From: Dermatophilaceae bacterium
GTDB lineage: Bacteria > Actinomycetota > Actinomycetes > Actinomycetales > Dermatophilaceae
Length of the DNA: 64,000 nucleotides
Assembly: GCA_035691065.1 (NCBI GenBank)
Contig: DASSJT010000063.1
Location: 19,489 to 83,488 of the forward strand
Direction: 5' to 3'
The notes beneath the pieces were generated by a model. It was given only the letters and a program-made list of their open reading frames with translations, was not told the DNA's origin and did not search any database. Of the stretch, positions 47,267-56,597 are shown one piece after another. Each line of letters begins with the position of its first letter. The stretch's first letter is position 1. Made by a program: the position numbers and the translations under genes.

Positions 47267-47802
47267 GGCGCATTCCGGAACCGGTCGACGGTCGACAGGT
47301 GCCGCGCCGTGACGGGGATTTCGAGTGGGACCAGCCGGCGCGCGAAGGAGGGAACCAGCGGGAGCGGTACGGTGACCGTCGCGGTCACCTCGACCCGACC
47401 CTCGGGACGCAGGCAGGGCAGGCCGTCGCAGTCGATGACCAGCGAGGTTCCACCGCGAAAACCTTGGTCCTCGAAGGCGATTCGGGCTGCGGCGTTCGCT
47501 CGTGCCTCTGCCGTCTCGGCGGATGTGGCGGTCACGAAGGCGCGCCCGGCCTCCCGCGCGGCCTGGGTGGTCGCGAAGGCGCCGGCCTGTAGCCGGCTCA
47601 CCATCAGGACCAGGTAGATCAGCGGCACCAGCATGAGGACGCCGAGGTAGACGAACTCGACCACCGCACTGCCTCCCTCGCCGGACAGCCGCCGACCGCG
47701 GCCTTCCGCACCGGACAGCGGCCCAACACCGCGCCGCCCCTCACCGGACGGGCGCCGACCGGGGTCCCCCCGACCGGCCGCCCGACATACGGCATGGATC
47801 AC
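47263..47802 (-). CDS. TadE-like protein
   Basis: SAVVEFVYLGVLMLVPLIYLVLMV TadE-type N-terminal segment. The GTG at 47802 overlaps the upstream stop (GTGA). The start is uncertain. Confidence 0.6.
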   Translation of the reverse strand: MIHAVCRAAGRGDPGRRPSGEGRRGVGPLSGAEGRGRRLSGEGGSAVVEFVYLGVLMLVPLIYLVLMVSRLQAGAFATTQAAREAGRAFVTATSAETAEARANAAARIAFEDQGFRGGTSLVIDCDGLPCLRPEGRVEVTATVTVPLPLVPSFARRLVPLEIPVTARHLSTVDRFRNAP

Positions 47803-48188
47803 TGGGACTCCAGGTAGGCGCGACCGACCACGTCGAGCCGACCGTCTGGCCCGAATGGGCCGATCACGGGCAGCGGGGCGCGGACGTGCACGGCGACCAC
47901 CCCAACGCCGTCGACGGTCTCGACACTGGCCGAGACGTCCTGGGCGAACGTTGCCGAGATGGACCGCGCGATCAGCTGTCGGGCCCTCGCCGCTCCCTCC
48001 TCGGGTGCGGCGTCCGCCCGAGCGCCCAGCCGGGCGCCCTCGGATGCGCATGAGATCAGGGTGTTGCGGATGTGCATGGCAAGACCGACCTGGAAGACCG
48101 CGACGAAGACGAGCGTGACCAGCCCGGAGACCATGGCGAAATCGGCGATGGCCGCGCCGCGCTCACGGCGGACCCCATGGTGGTCCAC
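47799..48188 (-). CDS. TadE family protein
   Basis: ERGAAIADFAMVSGLVTLVFVAVFQVGLAMH TadE-type N-terminus. I propose the GTG at 48188; the longer track ORF overlaps flp. Confidence 0.6.
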   Translation of the reverse strand: MDHHGVRRERGAAIADFAMVSGLVTLVFVAVFQVGLAMHIRNTLISCASEGARLGARADAAPEEGAARARQLIARSISATFAQDVSASVETVDGVGVVAVHVRAPLPVIGPFGPDGRLDVVGRAYLESQ

Positions 48189-48283
48189 AAGGCCTTTGCC
48201 GGCTCGCGGGCGGTCACCTGTGTCGCAGCCAGGCCGGCCACCCAGCCGGCTGGCCGGTCGTGGTCGCACCGGCGGCACCTGGT

Positions 48284-48505
48284 TCAGGGTCCGGTCACGC
48301 TGTTCATCGCTCTGGTGAACAGCGCCTGGAGCTGGTTCTGGGCGACGCCCCACAGGACCGCGACCAGGCCGGCGGTCATGAGCGTGATGAGCACCCAGCC
48401 GGGGACGTCACCCCGCTCCCGGCCCGGGCCGGTGGCGCGGCGCACCAGGGCCAGGGCGCGCACCTGCGCGTGCGTCAGCGAGTAGGTGAGGTCTCGGGTC
48501 ATCAT
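48284..48505 (-). CDS. Flp-type pilin-like protein (DUF4244-like)
   Basis: At most 73 aa. Charged leader, then the hydrophobic segment GWVLITLMTAGLVAVLWGV. It sits between tadC and the tadE genes, as in the mycobacterial Rv3656c-type locus. Confidence 0.55.
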   Translation of the reverse strand: MMTRDLTYSLTHAQVRALALVRRATGPGRERGDVPGWVLITLMTAGLVAVLWGVAQNQLQALFTRAMNSVTGP

Positions 48506-48536
48506 GTCGGCGGAGTGCCTCTCTGTGCGGCGTGGG

Positions 48537-49472
48537 TCAGATCGTGAAGCGGAAGAAGGTAAACCCGGGGAAGACGAGGAAGAGCACGGTGATGGGCAGT
48601 ACCAGAAAGACGACGGGGACCATCATCAGGATCTCCTTGCGGCCACCTGCCTCCATCACCTGCCGACGGCCTGCCTCTCGAACGTCCTGGGCCTGAGCCC
48701 TCAGCACATCGGCCAAAGGGGTCCCTCGCTGGACGGCGACCACGATGCCGTCGACGAAGCGGGACAGGCTGATCAGCCCGGTGCGGTCGGCCAGCCCCTG
48801 GAGGGCGGTGGGAAGGTTGGCGCCCGCGCGCGCATCGGCGAGGCACCGGGACAGCTCGGCGGACAGCTCGCCCCGGGAGAGGCGACAGACCCGCTCCAAG
48901 GCCCCGACGGCGCCCTCTCCGGCTCCGACCGCCAGCGCCAAGAGTTCGGCAATCGTGGGGAACTCGGCCAGCATCCGCTGCTCGCGCCGGTTGGCCTGGG
49001 CGCTCAGGGCCTGGTCCCGGGCCACGACGCCCGCGCCGGCGAAGGACAGCGTCACCACGACGACCGGCATTGCGGAGGTGCCGTTCAGCACCCACATCAG
49101 AGCGCCGACGACGACTCCGCAGGCGCCTCCCGCGGCACCCCAGAGCACCTGCTCCGCCCGGAACCGCTCGAGGTCGGGTGGCCGGCCGGCGCGTTGAAGG
49201 CGACGTCGCACCGATGCCGCCCCGCCGAGCATCCGCTCCACCGCGGCGGACAGGTCGGCAAGCACCGGCATGAGCAGGGCCCCGACGGTGCCCCCGACCG
49301 CGAAGCGGTCCTGGGCGAGCAGCCTCGACGGTATCGGCGTGTCCCGAAGGTAGGGCAGCAGGCGCCCAGCCAGCCCTGGCCTGCGGCGGTGCGGCAGACC
49401 GGCATTCATCAGCAGCAGCCCCAGCCCAACAGTCGCACCGAGCACGGCGCCGGTGCGTGGCAGGCCGGTCAC
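48537..49472 (-). CDS. tadC: type II secretion system F family protein TadC
   Basis: 311 aa from the GTG at 49472, overlapping the tadB stop. T2SS-F-type C-terminal domain (LADRTGLISLSRFVDGIVVAVQRGTPL) and terminal TM segments. Confidence 0.75.
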   Translation of the reverse strand: MTGLPRTGAVLGATVGLGLLLMNAGLPHRRRPGLAGRLLPYLRDTPIPSRLLAQDRFAVGGTVGALLMPVLADLSAAVERMLGGAASVRRRLQRAGRPPDLERFRAEQVLWGAAGGACGVVVGALMWVLNGTSAMPVVVVTLSFAGAGVVARDQALSAQANRREQRMLAEFPTIAELLALAVGAGEGAVGALERVCRLSRGELSAELSRCLADARAGANLPTALQGLADRTGLISLSRFVDGIVVAVQRGTPLADVLRAQAQDVREAGRRQVMEAGGRKEILMMVPVVFLVLPITVLFLVFPGFTFFRFTI

Positions 49473-50338
49473 CGCAGCACCCGCTCGTCCTCGGGCAGGC
49501 GACCGATCCACATCATGAGCCGATAGGCAACCAGGCTCAGCACCGCGCCGAAACCGAGAACCGCCGCACCGAGACGGGTGTTGTAGGCCTGTACCGCCTC
49601 CGCCCGAGAGCAGAGCATGACCAGCACGATCCAGGGGGCCGCGACCGCCAGCCGCGCGGCATTGACGGTCCAGCCCTGCCGGGTCTCCAGCTCCGCCCGC
49701 GTGCGAGCGTCCTCCCGCAAGAACGAGGAGAGGGTTCGCAGCAGGTTGCCGAGGTCGCTTCCGCCAACCTCGCGGGCGATGCGCAGCGACTCGACCAGCC
49801 GGTCGCCCACCGGATCGCTGAGCCGCTCCTTCAGGCGGTTGAGGCAGTCCTGGAACCGGCCCGTGGTTCGGTAGTCCTCGCCGAAGGCGGCGAAGGCCGG
49901 CCGCAGCTCCTCGGGGCCGCGGACGGCGAGCTGCGCAAGTGCCTCGGGGAGGGCCATCCCGGCCCTGACCGCGGAGGCGATGTTGTCCACGGCATCGGGC
50001 CACAGGTCCCGCAGGGTTGCGCGCCGGCGCCGAGCGCGGAGTCTCACGAGGGCGATAGGGCCCCACCCCGCCAGCACCGCGAAGCACACCGCAATGGCCG
50101 GGACCGAGCTCACGGCAAGGATCAGCAGGAACGCCATGACGGATCCGATGGCACAGGAGGTGAGGAGAGCTCGAGGGCCAACGGACTCGTAGCCGGCCTG
50201 GACCAGCTCGTCACGAAGCCGCGCCAAAACCATGCTGCCCCGCACCGGTTGGTGAGAACCCGAGGCGGGAGCCCAGCAAGACCACCAGATGCAGAAGAAC
50301 CCCACGCCCATGACGAGTCCGATCAGCAAACCTCTCAC
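49469..50338 (-). CDS. tadB: type II secretion system F family protein TadB
   Basis: 289 aa. TM-cytoplasmic domain-TM layout (LWPDAVDNIASAVRAGMALPEAL). Confidence 0.75.
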   Translation of the reverse strand: MRGLLIGLVMGVGFFCIWWSCWAPASGSHQPVRGSMVLARLRDELVQAGYESVGPRALLTSCAIGSVMAFLLILAVSSVPAIAVCFAVLAGWGPIALVRLRARRRRATLRDLWPDAVDNIASAVRAGMALPEALAQLAVRGPEELRPAFAAFGEDYRTTGRFQDCLNRLKERLSDPVGDRLVESLRIAREVGGSDLGNLLRTLSSFLREDARTRAELETRQGWTVNAARLAVAAPWIVLVMLCSRAEAVQAYNTRLGAAVLGFGAVLSLVAYRLMMWIGRLPEDERVLR

Positions 50339-50347
50339 GCCGATTCC

Positions 50348-51568
50348 TCACTGCGCCAAGAGAGCGGCGACGTCGTAGCCCGCGCGCTCGAACCGGTCCG
50401 GGTGGGGCGGATAACCCTCGGCCCGCACGAGTCGGCCATCCCGTTGAACGAACAGGTCGGCGATCTCGACGACGTCTCCCTCGACCCGCCCGGGAACTGC
50501 GGCGATCTCGCGCACCCGGCGGACCCCGTCGCGCTCGAGGGCCGCATGCACGACGAGGTCGATCGAGCCCGCGACGGTCGGGACGACGAACCGTGAGCCC
50601 ACGTTCTCTCCAGCCAGCAGCGGAAGTGTGCACATCTTGGTCACGGCCTCGCGAGCGCTGTTGGCATGGATGGTGCACATGCCGGGGACGCCGCTGTTGA
50701 GCGCGATCAACAGGTCCAGCGACTCTGCCTGCCGGACCTCGCCGACGATGATGCGCGAGGGCCGCATCCGCAGGGCCTCTTTGACCAGCTTGCGCAGCGG
50801 CACCTCTCCCGTGCCCTCGAGGCTGGGCTGACGGCACTGCATCGAGGCCACGTCGCGCAGGGGGATCTTCAGCTCGAAGACCTCTTCGCACGTAACGATC
50901 CGCTCCCGCGGCGGGATCGCCGCGGCCAGGCAGTTGAGGAGGGTGGTCTTTCCGGCCTGGGTCCCCCCGGCGACGAGGATGTTGAGGCCGGAGGCGACGG
51001 CTGCCTCGAGGAACCGGGCAGCCTGCTTGGTCAGCGTCCCGAGCCGCACGAGGTCGTCGAGGTGGTCAGCCTTGACGACGAACTTGCGGATGTTGACGAA
51101 CCAGTGCTCTCTGGTGATGTCGGGGATCACGACATGCAGACGGGAGCCGTCGGGCAGAACAGCGTCGACGAATGGCGACGAAAGGTCGACCCGTCGCCCT
51201 GACGACTTGAGCATCCGCTCGACCAGGTCGCGAACCTCATCTCCCGTGAGAATCGTGTTGGTGAGCTCGGCGACACCGCTTCTGGCCACGAACACCTTCG
51301 AGGGCTCGTTGACCCAGATCTCCTCGATCTGCGGATCGTCGAAATAACGCTGTAGTGGCCCGAATCCGGCAACGCTGTCGAGCACTGCCTTGACGGCGTC
51401 ATCGAGGTTGCCGAGCACCGGCAGGCCGCCGTGCATCGCCCGGTCGTCGTAGTCGTTGACCGCCTCCCGCACGAGCCGCGAGACCGCCGCCGGGTCGCGG
51501 GCAGGGTCGAGTCCGGTGCGGCGGATGAGCTCGCGGACCTCGTCCTCGACGGTGCGCACAGCTTCCAC
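50348..51568 (-). CDS. tadA: Tad/Flp pilus assembly ATPase (CpaF/TadA family)
   Basis: 406 aa from the GTG at 51568 (GGGGGAGG RBS 7 nt upstream). Walker A GGTQAGKTT, and secretion-ATPase Asp and His boxes (RIIVGEVR, TIHANS). Confidence 0.9.
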   Translation of the reverse strand: MEAVRTVEDEVRELIRRTGLDPARDPAAVSRLVREAVNDYDDRAMHGGLPVLGNLDDAVKAVLDSVAGFGPLQRYFDDPQIEEIWVNEPSKVFVARSGVAELTNTILTGDEVRDLVERMLKSSGRRVDLSSPFVDAVLPDGSRLHVVIPDITREHWFVNIRKFVVKADHLDDLVRLGTLTKQAARFLEAAVASGLNILVAGGTQAGKTTLLNCLAAAIPPRERIVTCEEVFELKIPLRDVASMQCRQPSLEGTGEVPLRKLVKEALRMRPSRIIVGEVRQAESLDLLIALNSGVPGMCTIHANSAREAVTKMCTLPLLAGENVGSRFVVPTVAGSIDLVVHAALERDGVRRVREIAAVPGRVEGDVVEIADLFVQRDGRLVRAEGYPPHPDRFERAGYDVAALLAQ

Positions 51569-51804
51569 GCGATTGCCTCCCCCAAGCGCCGATGCCCAAC
51601 GAACGCGACAGATGCGCGGCACAGCATAGGAACTCGCGCAAACTTCGTCCAACGACTGTCCACAGGCTGGCTGGCTTCCCAAGGTCGACCAATGCGCGCT
51701 GAAACTCCACCAAAGTCCACCACCCCGGCCGATCGTGATGTTTTGCGGCATAACTGTGGGTAACTCCGCGGCAACCCTCTCCAGAGTGGCTACCGTGCGC
51801 ATCC

Positions 51805-54800
51805 ATGAACCTGACGTTGTCCATCGCGGTGCCGGAGGTGGGGACCCCGCCGGTCGACGTCGACGTCAGCGCACCACCCGGCACGACGGCCGGCGAGCTT
51901 GCGGTTCTGCTCGCTGCCGAGTTCGGCATGGCGAGTGGCCGGCTCCGATGCAGTACCGGATCCATTCCCGACGACGCGCCGGTTGGTTTGCCACCCCTCC
52001 TCCACAGGGCATGTCTGTCACTTGTCGCTCGCGGGCACCGTCAGTCGCGAGCACACCCGCGACCCACTCCGCTGGAACTCGCGGTTGTGTCGGGTCCGGA
52101 CTGCGGTCGACGGTTCCCTCTCGAGCCCGGCCGCCACGTGCTGGGGCGGGGTGCCGGAGCAACACTCAGGGTGGACGACCCGGGACTCTCCCGCACCCAC
52201 GCCATTCTCTCCGTAGGTCCCGACGGCATTCACGTGGCCGACGCGGGATCCACCAACGGCATGCATCTCGATGGAGAACCGGTGCCTCGAGCGGGCACAG
52301 CGCTAGCTCCCGGCCAGACACTCCGGGCCGGTCACTCCCTCATCCAGGTCCGGAGTCCTGGCGTGCGGCCCGCCGCCGTGGAGCCCGACGGCCACGGACA
52401 CCTGCTCGTCAACCGAGCGCCTCGGGTGCCCACTAAGACAGAGCCGGTGACGATCACACTCCCCACCCCGCCGGAGCGACGTCGCAGCGCGCGGCTCCCC
52501 TGGCTGGCAATGCTGCTGCCGCTTCCGGTGTGCGCGGTGCTGGCGGCGCTGATGGGCCCACAGCTGCTTCTGTTCACCCTGATGACGCCAGTCATGATGC
52601 TGGGAAACGCAGTGAGCGACCGGGTCACTGGGCGACGGGAGTATGCCGGTCAGCTGGCCGAGTTCGAACGTGCCAGTGCCGCTGTAGCACAGAGCGTCGT
52701 CGAGGTGTGTCGTCACGACGTAGCCATGCGCCGCATGAAGTCCCCGGATCCGGTCACCGTCCTCCAGACCGCCCAGGGGCCGGGCAGTCGGCTCTGGGAG
52801 CGGCGCCGAAGCGATCCCGATGTGCTCGCACTCCGTGTCGGAAGCGGAAATGTGCCGGCTTCGGTTCGCATCGTCGACCCGTCGGTGGGGCACCAGGGCC
52901 GCGTGCCCAGCCTTTCCGAGGCACCGGTGATCATCGACCTGGAACGCCTGAAAGTGCTCGGGATCGCAGGGCAGCGCCGTGAAGTCGCTCCCCTGCTCCG
53001 AAACATCCTTGGCCAGCTGACCACCCTCCATTCGCCGCGTGACCTGCGCCTGGTCGTGATTGCGGCACAAGAAGGCGCGGCGTCGGAATGGGGATGGGTA
53101 AGGCTTCTGCCCCACTGCGATGACGTGACATCGCTTGATCACGACCGATGTGCGTCGGTCATCGCAGCGCTCCAGCCGGACGGTGATGGGGCGCTGTCTC
53201 CTCATCGACGCCCGCACGCCGTCGAGCGGTCGGAGGCGGATGCCGAGACGGTGTGGAGCGGCACGCGAACAACGTTGGTACTCATGGGCTCCCGTGATCT
53301 GCGCGCCCAACCCGGCATCGCGCCTCTCCTGAGCCTGAGCCGGGGCACCGAGAACGGGCTGCGCATCATTGCCGTCGACGTTGATCGCTCTGCGCTCCCC
53401 CTGGAATGCCGAGCGGTGCTCGCCGTCGACTCCGATGGCGTCACAGCACACCTGGAGTCCCCAAACCACGAGGCGCCGTTCATCTTCGCGCCGGACGGAT
53501 GCAACGACTCCTGGGCGGAGCAGCTGGCCCGGGCGATGGCCTCGCTCAAGGACAACACGCCTGACGGTTCGACGGCCGTGCCTGAGGTGGTCCGACTCGC
53601 GGATCTGCATGGATCGGCCGTGTTCGACCCCGAGTCGATCGCTAGCAGCTGGACTTCATCCGCGGGTGTGACTGTCGCTGTCCTCGGCTCGGGCGCGGGC
53701 GGCCCGTTCTCGGTCGACCTGGTCCGGGACGGGCCTCACGTGCTGGTCGGTGGAACGACGGGGTCGGGCAAGTCGCAGCTACTTCAGACTCTGGTGGTCT
53801 CCCTGGCCCTTGCCAACCGGCCCGAGGATCTCGGGTTCGTGCTCGTCGACTACAAGGGTGGATCCGCCTTCAGTTCGTGCAGCAACCTCCCGCACACCGT
53901 CGGGATGGTCACCGACCTCGACGGCCATCTGGCGCAACGGGCCCTGCGGTCGCTGCGCGCCGAGCTGTCGCGTCGTGAACGGCTTTTCGCGAGAGTGGGT
54001 GCCACCGACTTCGACGACTACGGTGCCAAGGCAGGTGGAAACGACGAGACGCTCGGGCGGCTCGTGCTCGTCATCGACGAATTCCGAGCACTAGCAGAAG
54101 AGCTCCCCGAGTTCCTCGAGGAAATGGTGCGGCTGGCTTCGGTGGGCCGATCGCTGGGTGTCCACCTCGTCTTGGCAACGCAGCGGCCCGGCGGCATCGT
54201 CTCGGCTGACATCCGGGCCAACGTCAACCTGCGCATCGCCCTACGGTTTCGTGACCGCGTCGACAGCGAGGACGTCATCGAGTCGCCCGATGCGGCGGAG
54301 CTCGATGAGCGACATCGCGGTCGAGCGCTCGCCCGGTCTGGCGGTGGGCGGCTCATGGCATTCCAGACCGCGTGGCTTGGCGCCCGGGATCGGCAGGAGG
54401 AAGTGGCGGATCTGAGAGTCAGACGGCATGGTCTCCCGACGGGGGCGTATCCCGGGCCGTCGCCATCCGCCGACCTGAGAGGCCAGGATTCCCAACAGAC
54501 ACCCACGGACCTCGACCGGGTGGTCGCCGCCCTGTGTAGCGCCGCCGCGTCGGCCGGGTGCGCTCTCCCGCGACGACCCTGGCACCCACCCCTGCCCGAG
54601 GCTGTTCCACTCGATGACCTTGCGCCGTCCAGTGCGCCCAGCCACGAGGTCCGCGTCGACGGGCAAGCAATCGACCGGCCCCCTTTGGGGAAGGTGCCGG
54701 TGAGCGTCCCGTGGGGCTTGGCGGACGACCCGGCAGGTCAGCGCCAGCCCGTGTTCTGGTGGGACGGGGCGGGCAGTGCCAACTCCGCTGGTCATTGGAT

Positions 54801-56244
54801 CATCGGCGGTGCAGGGGGTTCTGGCCGCACGTCGGCCCTCCGGACGTTGGCCTTTGCGGCCACGCGACGACACATCGCCGACGACCTGCACGTGTACGTC
54901 ATCGACGGCTCCTCCAACGCCCTGCGGGCCCTCGAGAGCCTTCCCCATGTCGGGGCGGTCGTTCCTCGGGCCGACTTCGCTCGCGTCGTGCGGCTGGTCA
55001 ACCGCCTGGCCGGCGAAGTCGCCCGAAGACACCAGCTGCTCGCGGCCGCGGGCTTCTCCAGCCTGGACGAGTGGGTCGCATCCGTCGATGAGCACCAGGC
55101 CACCAGGGCTGGCACACCGGCATACCTGCTGCTGCTCGTGGACGACTGGGACCTGCTTTGGCGGGACAGCGAGCAGCTCGATCACGGCCAGACGGCGGAG
55201 CGGCTTGCCGGTCTGCTGCGCGAAGGCGGGCCGGTCGGGCTGCGGGCCGTTGTGACCGGCGATCGGAGTGTGCTGATCGGTCGCGGCACGGCTTGGGCCA
55301 CCCACCGGCTCGTCCTGCGTCTTGCGGATCCCGGTGACGCCGCTGTGGTGGGCGTTCCGCGTGACGCCATCCCGGGGCACCAGCCACCCGGCCGGGGGGT
55401 CGTGGCGGGCAGCGGGATGGAGCTACAGCTGGCCCACCTCGGGGAGGTGCCTGACGGGGCTGCGGCTGCTCGCGCCATCGCGGACCTCGCTGCGACCCTG
55501 CACGAGCCGGTGGTCAACCTCCCCTTCCGTGTGGCGACGATGCCTGCCGATGTGGTGACGACCCAGCTCACAGCGACCGCTCGGGGTCTGGAGTTCGCTG
55601 TGGGCGGCGAGGAATGCTGCACCATAGGGCTCGAGTTCGAGCGCCACGGCCGTCAGGTCCTGATCGCCGGGCCAGCACGCAGTGGCAAGTCCACGGCTCT
55701 GGCCACCCTTGCGCTGGCTGCTCGACGAAAGGGCTACCACGTCGCCATCGTCGCCCCCAACGGTGTGGAACGTGGTTCGGACCGCCTGGCGGAGCGCGCC
55801 TTCGACGTGGTCGGCAGTGACGAGGCCGCGCGGCTGTCAGCGCTGTGCCGCGACCAACCCGACCTCGTCGTCTGTGTCGACGACGCTGACCAGCTGCTCG
55901 ACACCCCAGCCGAGGCCGTGCTTCGGGCGTTTCGGGGCACGCTCGACCGAACCAGTGGTGCCATCATCTGCGCCGCGAACTCGGTTGCCCTCGCCAGCCA
56001 GTTCCGGGGTGTCGCGGTCGAGGTCAGTCGCCACCAGACCGGACTGCTGCTCAGCCCCCGGACCGTCGCCGACGGAGACCTCTTGGGGATCCGGGTGCCC
56101 AGGGGAACGGCCAGCCACCACCCGGGTCGGGGCTTCTTCGCCTGTCGCGGCGAAGCCGTCGAGGTGCAGGTCGCTCGGCCGCCAGACATGGCGAACCGAC
56201 CGGAGAGAAACCGACCGGACAAGCGGGCTCAGCCCTTGACGTAG
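51805..56244 (+). CDS. FHA domain-containing FtsK/SpoIIIE-family triple-ATPase (EssC/EccC-like architecture)
   Basis: 1479 aa. FHA region aa ~90-175 (GRHVLGRG...LRVDDPGLSRTHAIL...STNGMHLDG), two TM segments aa ~231-270, and three P-loops: GGTTGSGKS (aa 649-657, Walker B VLVIDEF), GGAGGSGRT (aa 1001-1009) and GPARSGKST. Confidence 0.85.
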   Translation: MNLTLSIAVPEVGTPPVDVDVSAPPGTTAGELAVLLAAEFGMASGRLRCSTGSIPDDAPVGLPPLLHRACLSLVARGHRQSRAHPRPTPLELAVVSGPDCGRRFPLEPGRHVLGRGAGATLRVDDPGLSRTHAILSVGPDGIHVADAGSTNGMHLDGEPVPRAGTALAPGQTLRAGHSLIQVRSPGVRPAAVEPDGHGHLLVNRAPRVPTKTEPVTITLPTPPERRRSARLPWLAMLLPLPVCAVLAALMGPQLLLFTLMTPVMMLGNAVSDRVTGRREYAGQLAEFERASAAVAQSVVEVCRHDVAMRRMKSPDPVTVLQTAQGPGSRLWERRRSDPDVLALRVGSGNVPASVRIVDPSVGHQGRVPSLSEAPVIIDLERLKVLGIAGQRREVAPLLRNILGQLTTLHSPRDLRLVVIAAQEGAASEWGWVRLLPHCDDVTSLDHDRCASVIAALQPDGDGALSPHRRPHAVERSEADAETVWSGTRTTLVLMGSRDLRAQPGIAPLLSLSRGTENGLRIIAVDVDRSALPLECRAVLAVDSDGVTAHLESPNHEAPFIFAPDGCNDSWAEQLARAMASLKDNTPDGSTAVPEVVRLADLHGSAVFDPESIASSWTSSAGVTVAVLGSGAGGPFSVDLVRDGPHVLVGGTTGSGKSQLLQTLVVSLALANRPEDLGFVLVDYKGGSAFSSCSNLPHTVGMVTDLDGHLAQRALRSLRAELSRRERLFARVGATDFDDYGAKAGGNDETLGRLVLVIDEFRALAEELPEFLEEMVRLASVGRSLGVHLVLATQRPGGIVSADIRANVNLRIALRFRDRVDSEDVIESPDAAELDERHRGRALARSGGGRLMAFQTAWLGARDRQEEVADLRVRRHGLPTGAYPGPSPSADLRGQDSQQTPTDLDRVVAALCSAAASAGCALPRRPWHPPLPEAVPLDDLAPSSAPSHEVRVDGQAIDRPPLGKVPVSVPWGLADDPAGQRQPVFWWDGAGSANSAGHWIIGGAGGSGRTSALRTLAFAATRRHIADDLHVYVIDGSSNALRALESLPHVGAVVPRADFARVVRLVNRLAGEVARRHQLLAAAGFSSLDEWVASVDEHQATRAGTPAYLLLLVDDWDLLWRDSEQLDHGQTAERLAGLLREGGPVGLRAVVTGDRSVLIGRGTAWATHRLVLRLADPGDAAVVGVPRDAIPGHQPPGRGVVAGSGMELQLAHLGEVPDGAAAARAIADLAATLHEPVVNLPFRVATMPADVVTTQLTATARGLEFAVGGEECCTIGLEFERHGRQVLIAGPARSGKSTALATLALAARRKGYHVAIVAPNGVERGSDRLAERAFDVVGSDEAARLSALCRDQPDLVVCVDDADQLLDTPAEAVLRAFRGTLDRTSGAIICAANSVALASQFRGVAVEVSRHQTGLLLSPRTVADGDLLGIRVPRGTASHHPGRGFFACRGEAVEVQVARPPDMANRPERNRPDKRAQPLT

Positions 56245-56597
56245 GAGAGTTTCTCGCAGACCTTGCCCTCACGGAATCGCATCACGTCGACACCGCGGAC
56301 ATGGCCGGGTGATCCGTCCGCGCTGGTCCACGAGTAGGTCCAGCGCACCACGGCACGATCGCCGCTCAGGAAGGACTCCTCCTCGGCGAACACCGGATCG
56401 ATGCTGCCGCGCACGATCTCAGACCAGACCTTCAGCACCGCGTCCACCCCCTCGAACCGATGGCCGTCCGGTGCCGGGCTGGTCGACTCGAACACCACGT
56501 CATCGGTGACCATGCCCCGCAGGGCCTGGAGGTCAGCGCGAGCGAAGGCGGCCGAGAAGGCCCGCACCAGTTCCGAACTTGCCCCTCCGGTGCTCAC
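56229..56597 (-). CDS. SnoaL-like / NTF2 family protein
   Basis: 122 aa. FARADLQALRGMVTDDVVFES...RWTYSW...DVMRFREGKVCEKLSYVKG is typical of the SnoaL-like fold. Confidence 0.7.
   Translation of the reverse strand: MSTGGASSELVRAFSAAFARADLQALRGMVTDDVVFESTSPAPDGHRFEGVDAVLKVWSEIVRGSIDPVFAEEESFLSGDRAVVRWTYSWTSADGSPGHVRGVDVMRFREGKVCEKLSYVKG

Noticed and set aside
51805-56244. Chromosome-segregation FtsK (divisome DNA translocase).
   Set aside because: It has three tandem P-loop domains, an FHA domain and only two TM helices. No C-terminal winged-helix gamma domain is recognisable. The architecture fits the EssC/EccC type rather than FtsK/SpoIIIE proper.
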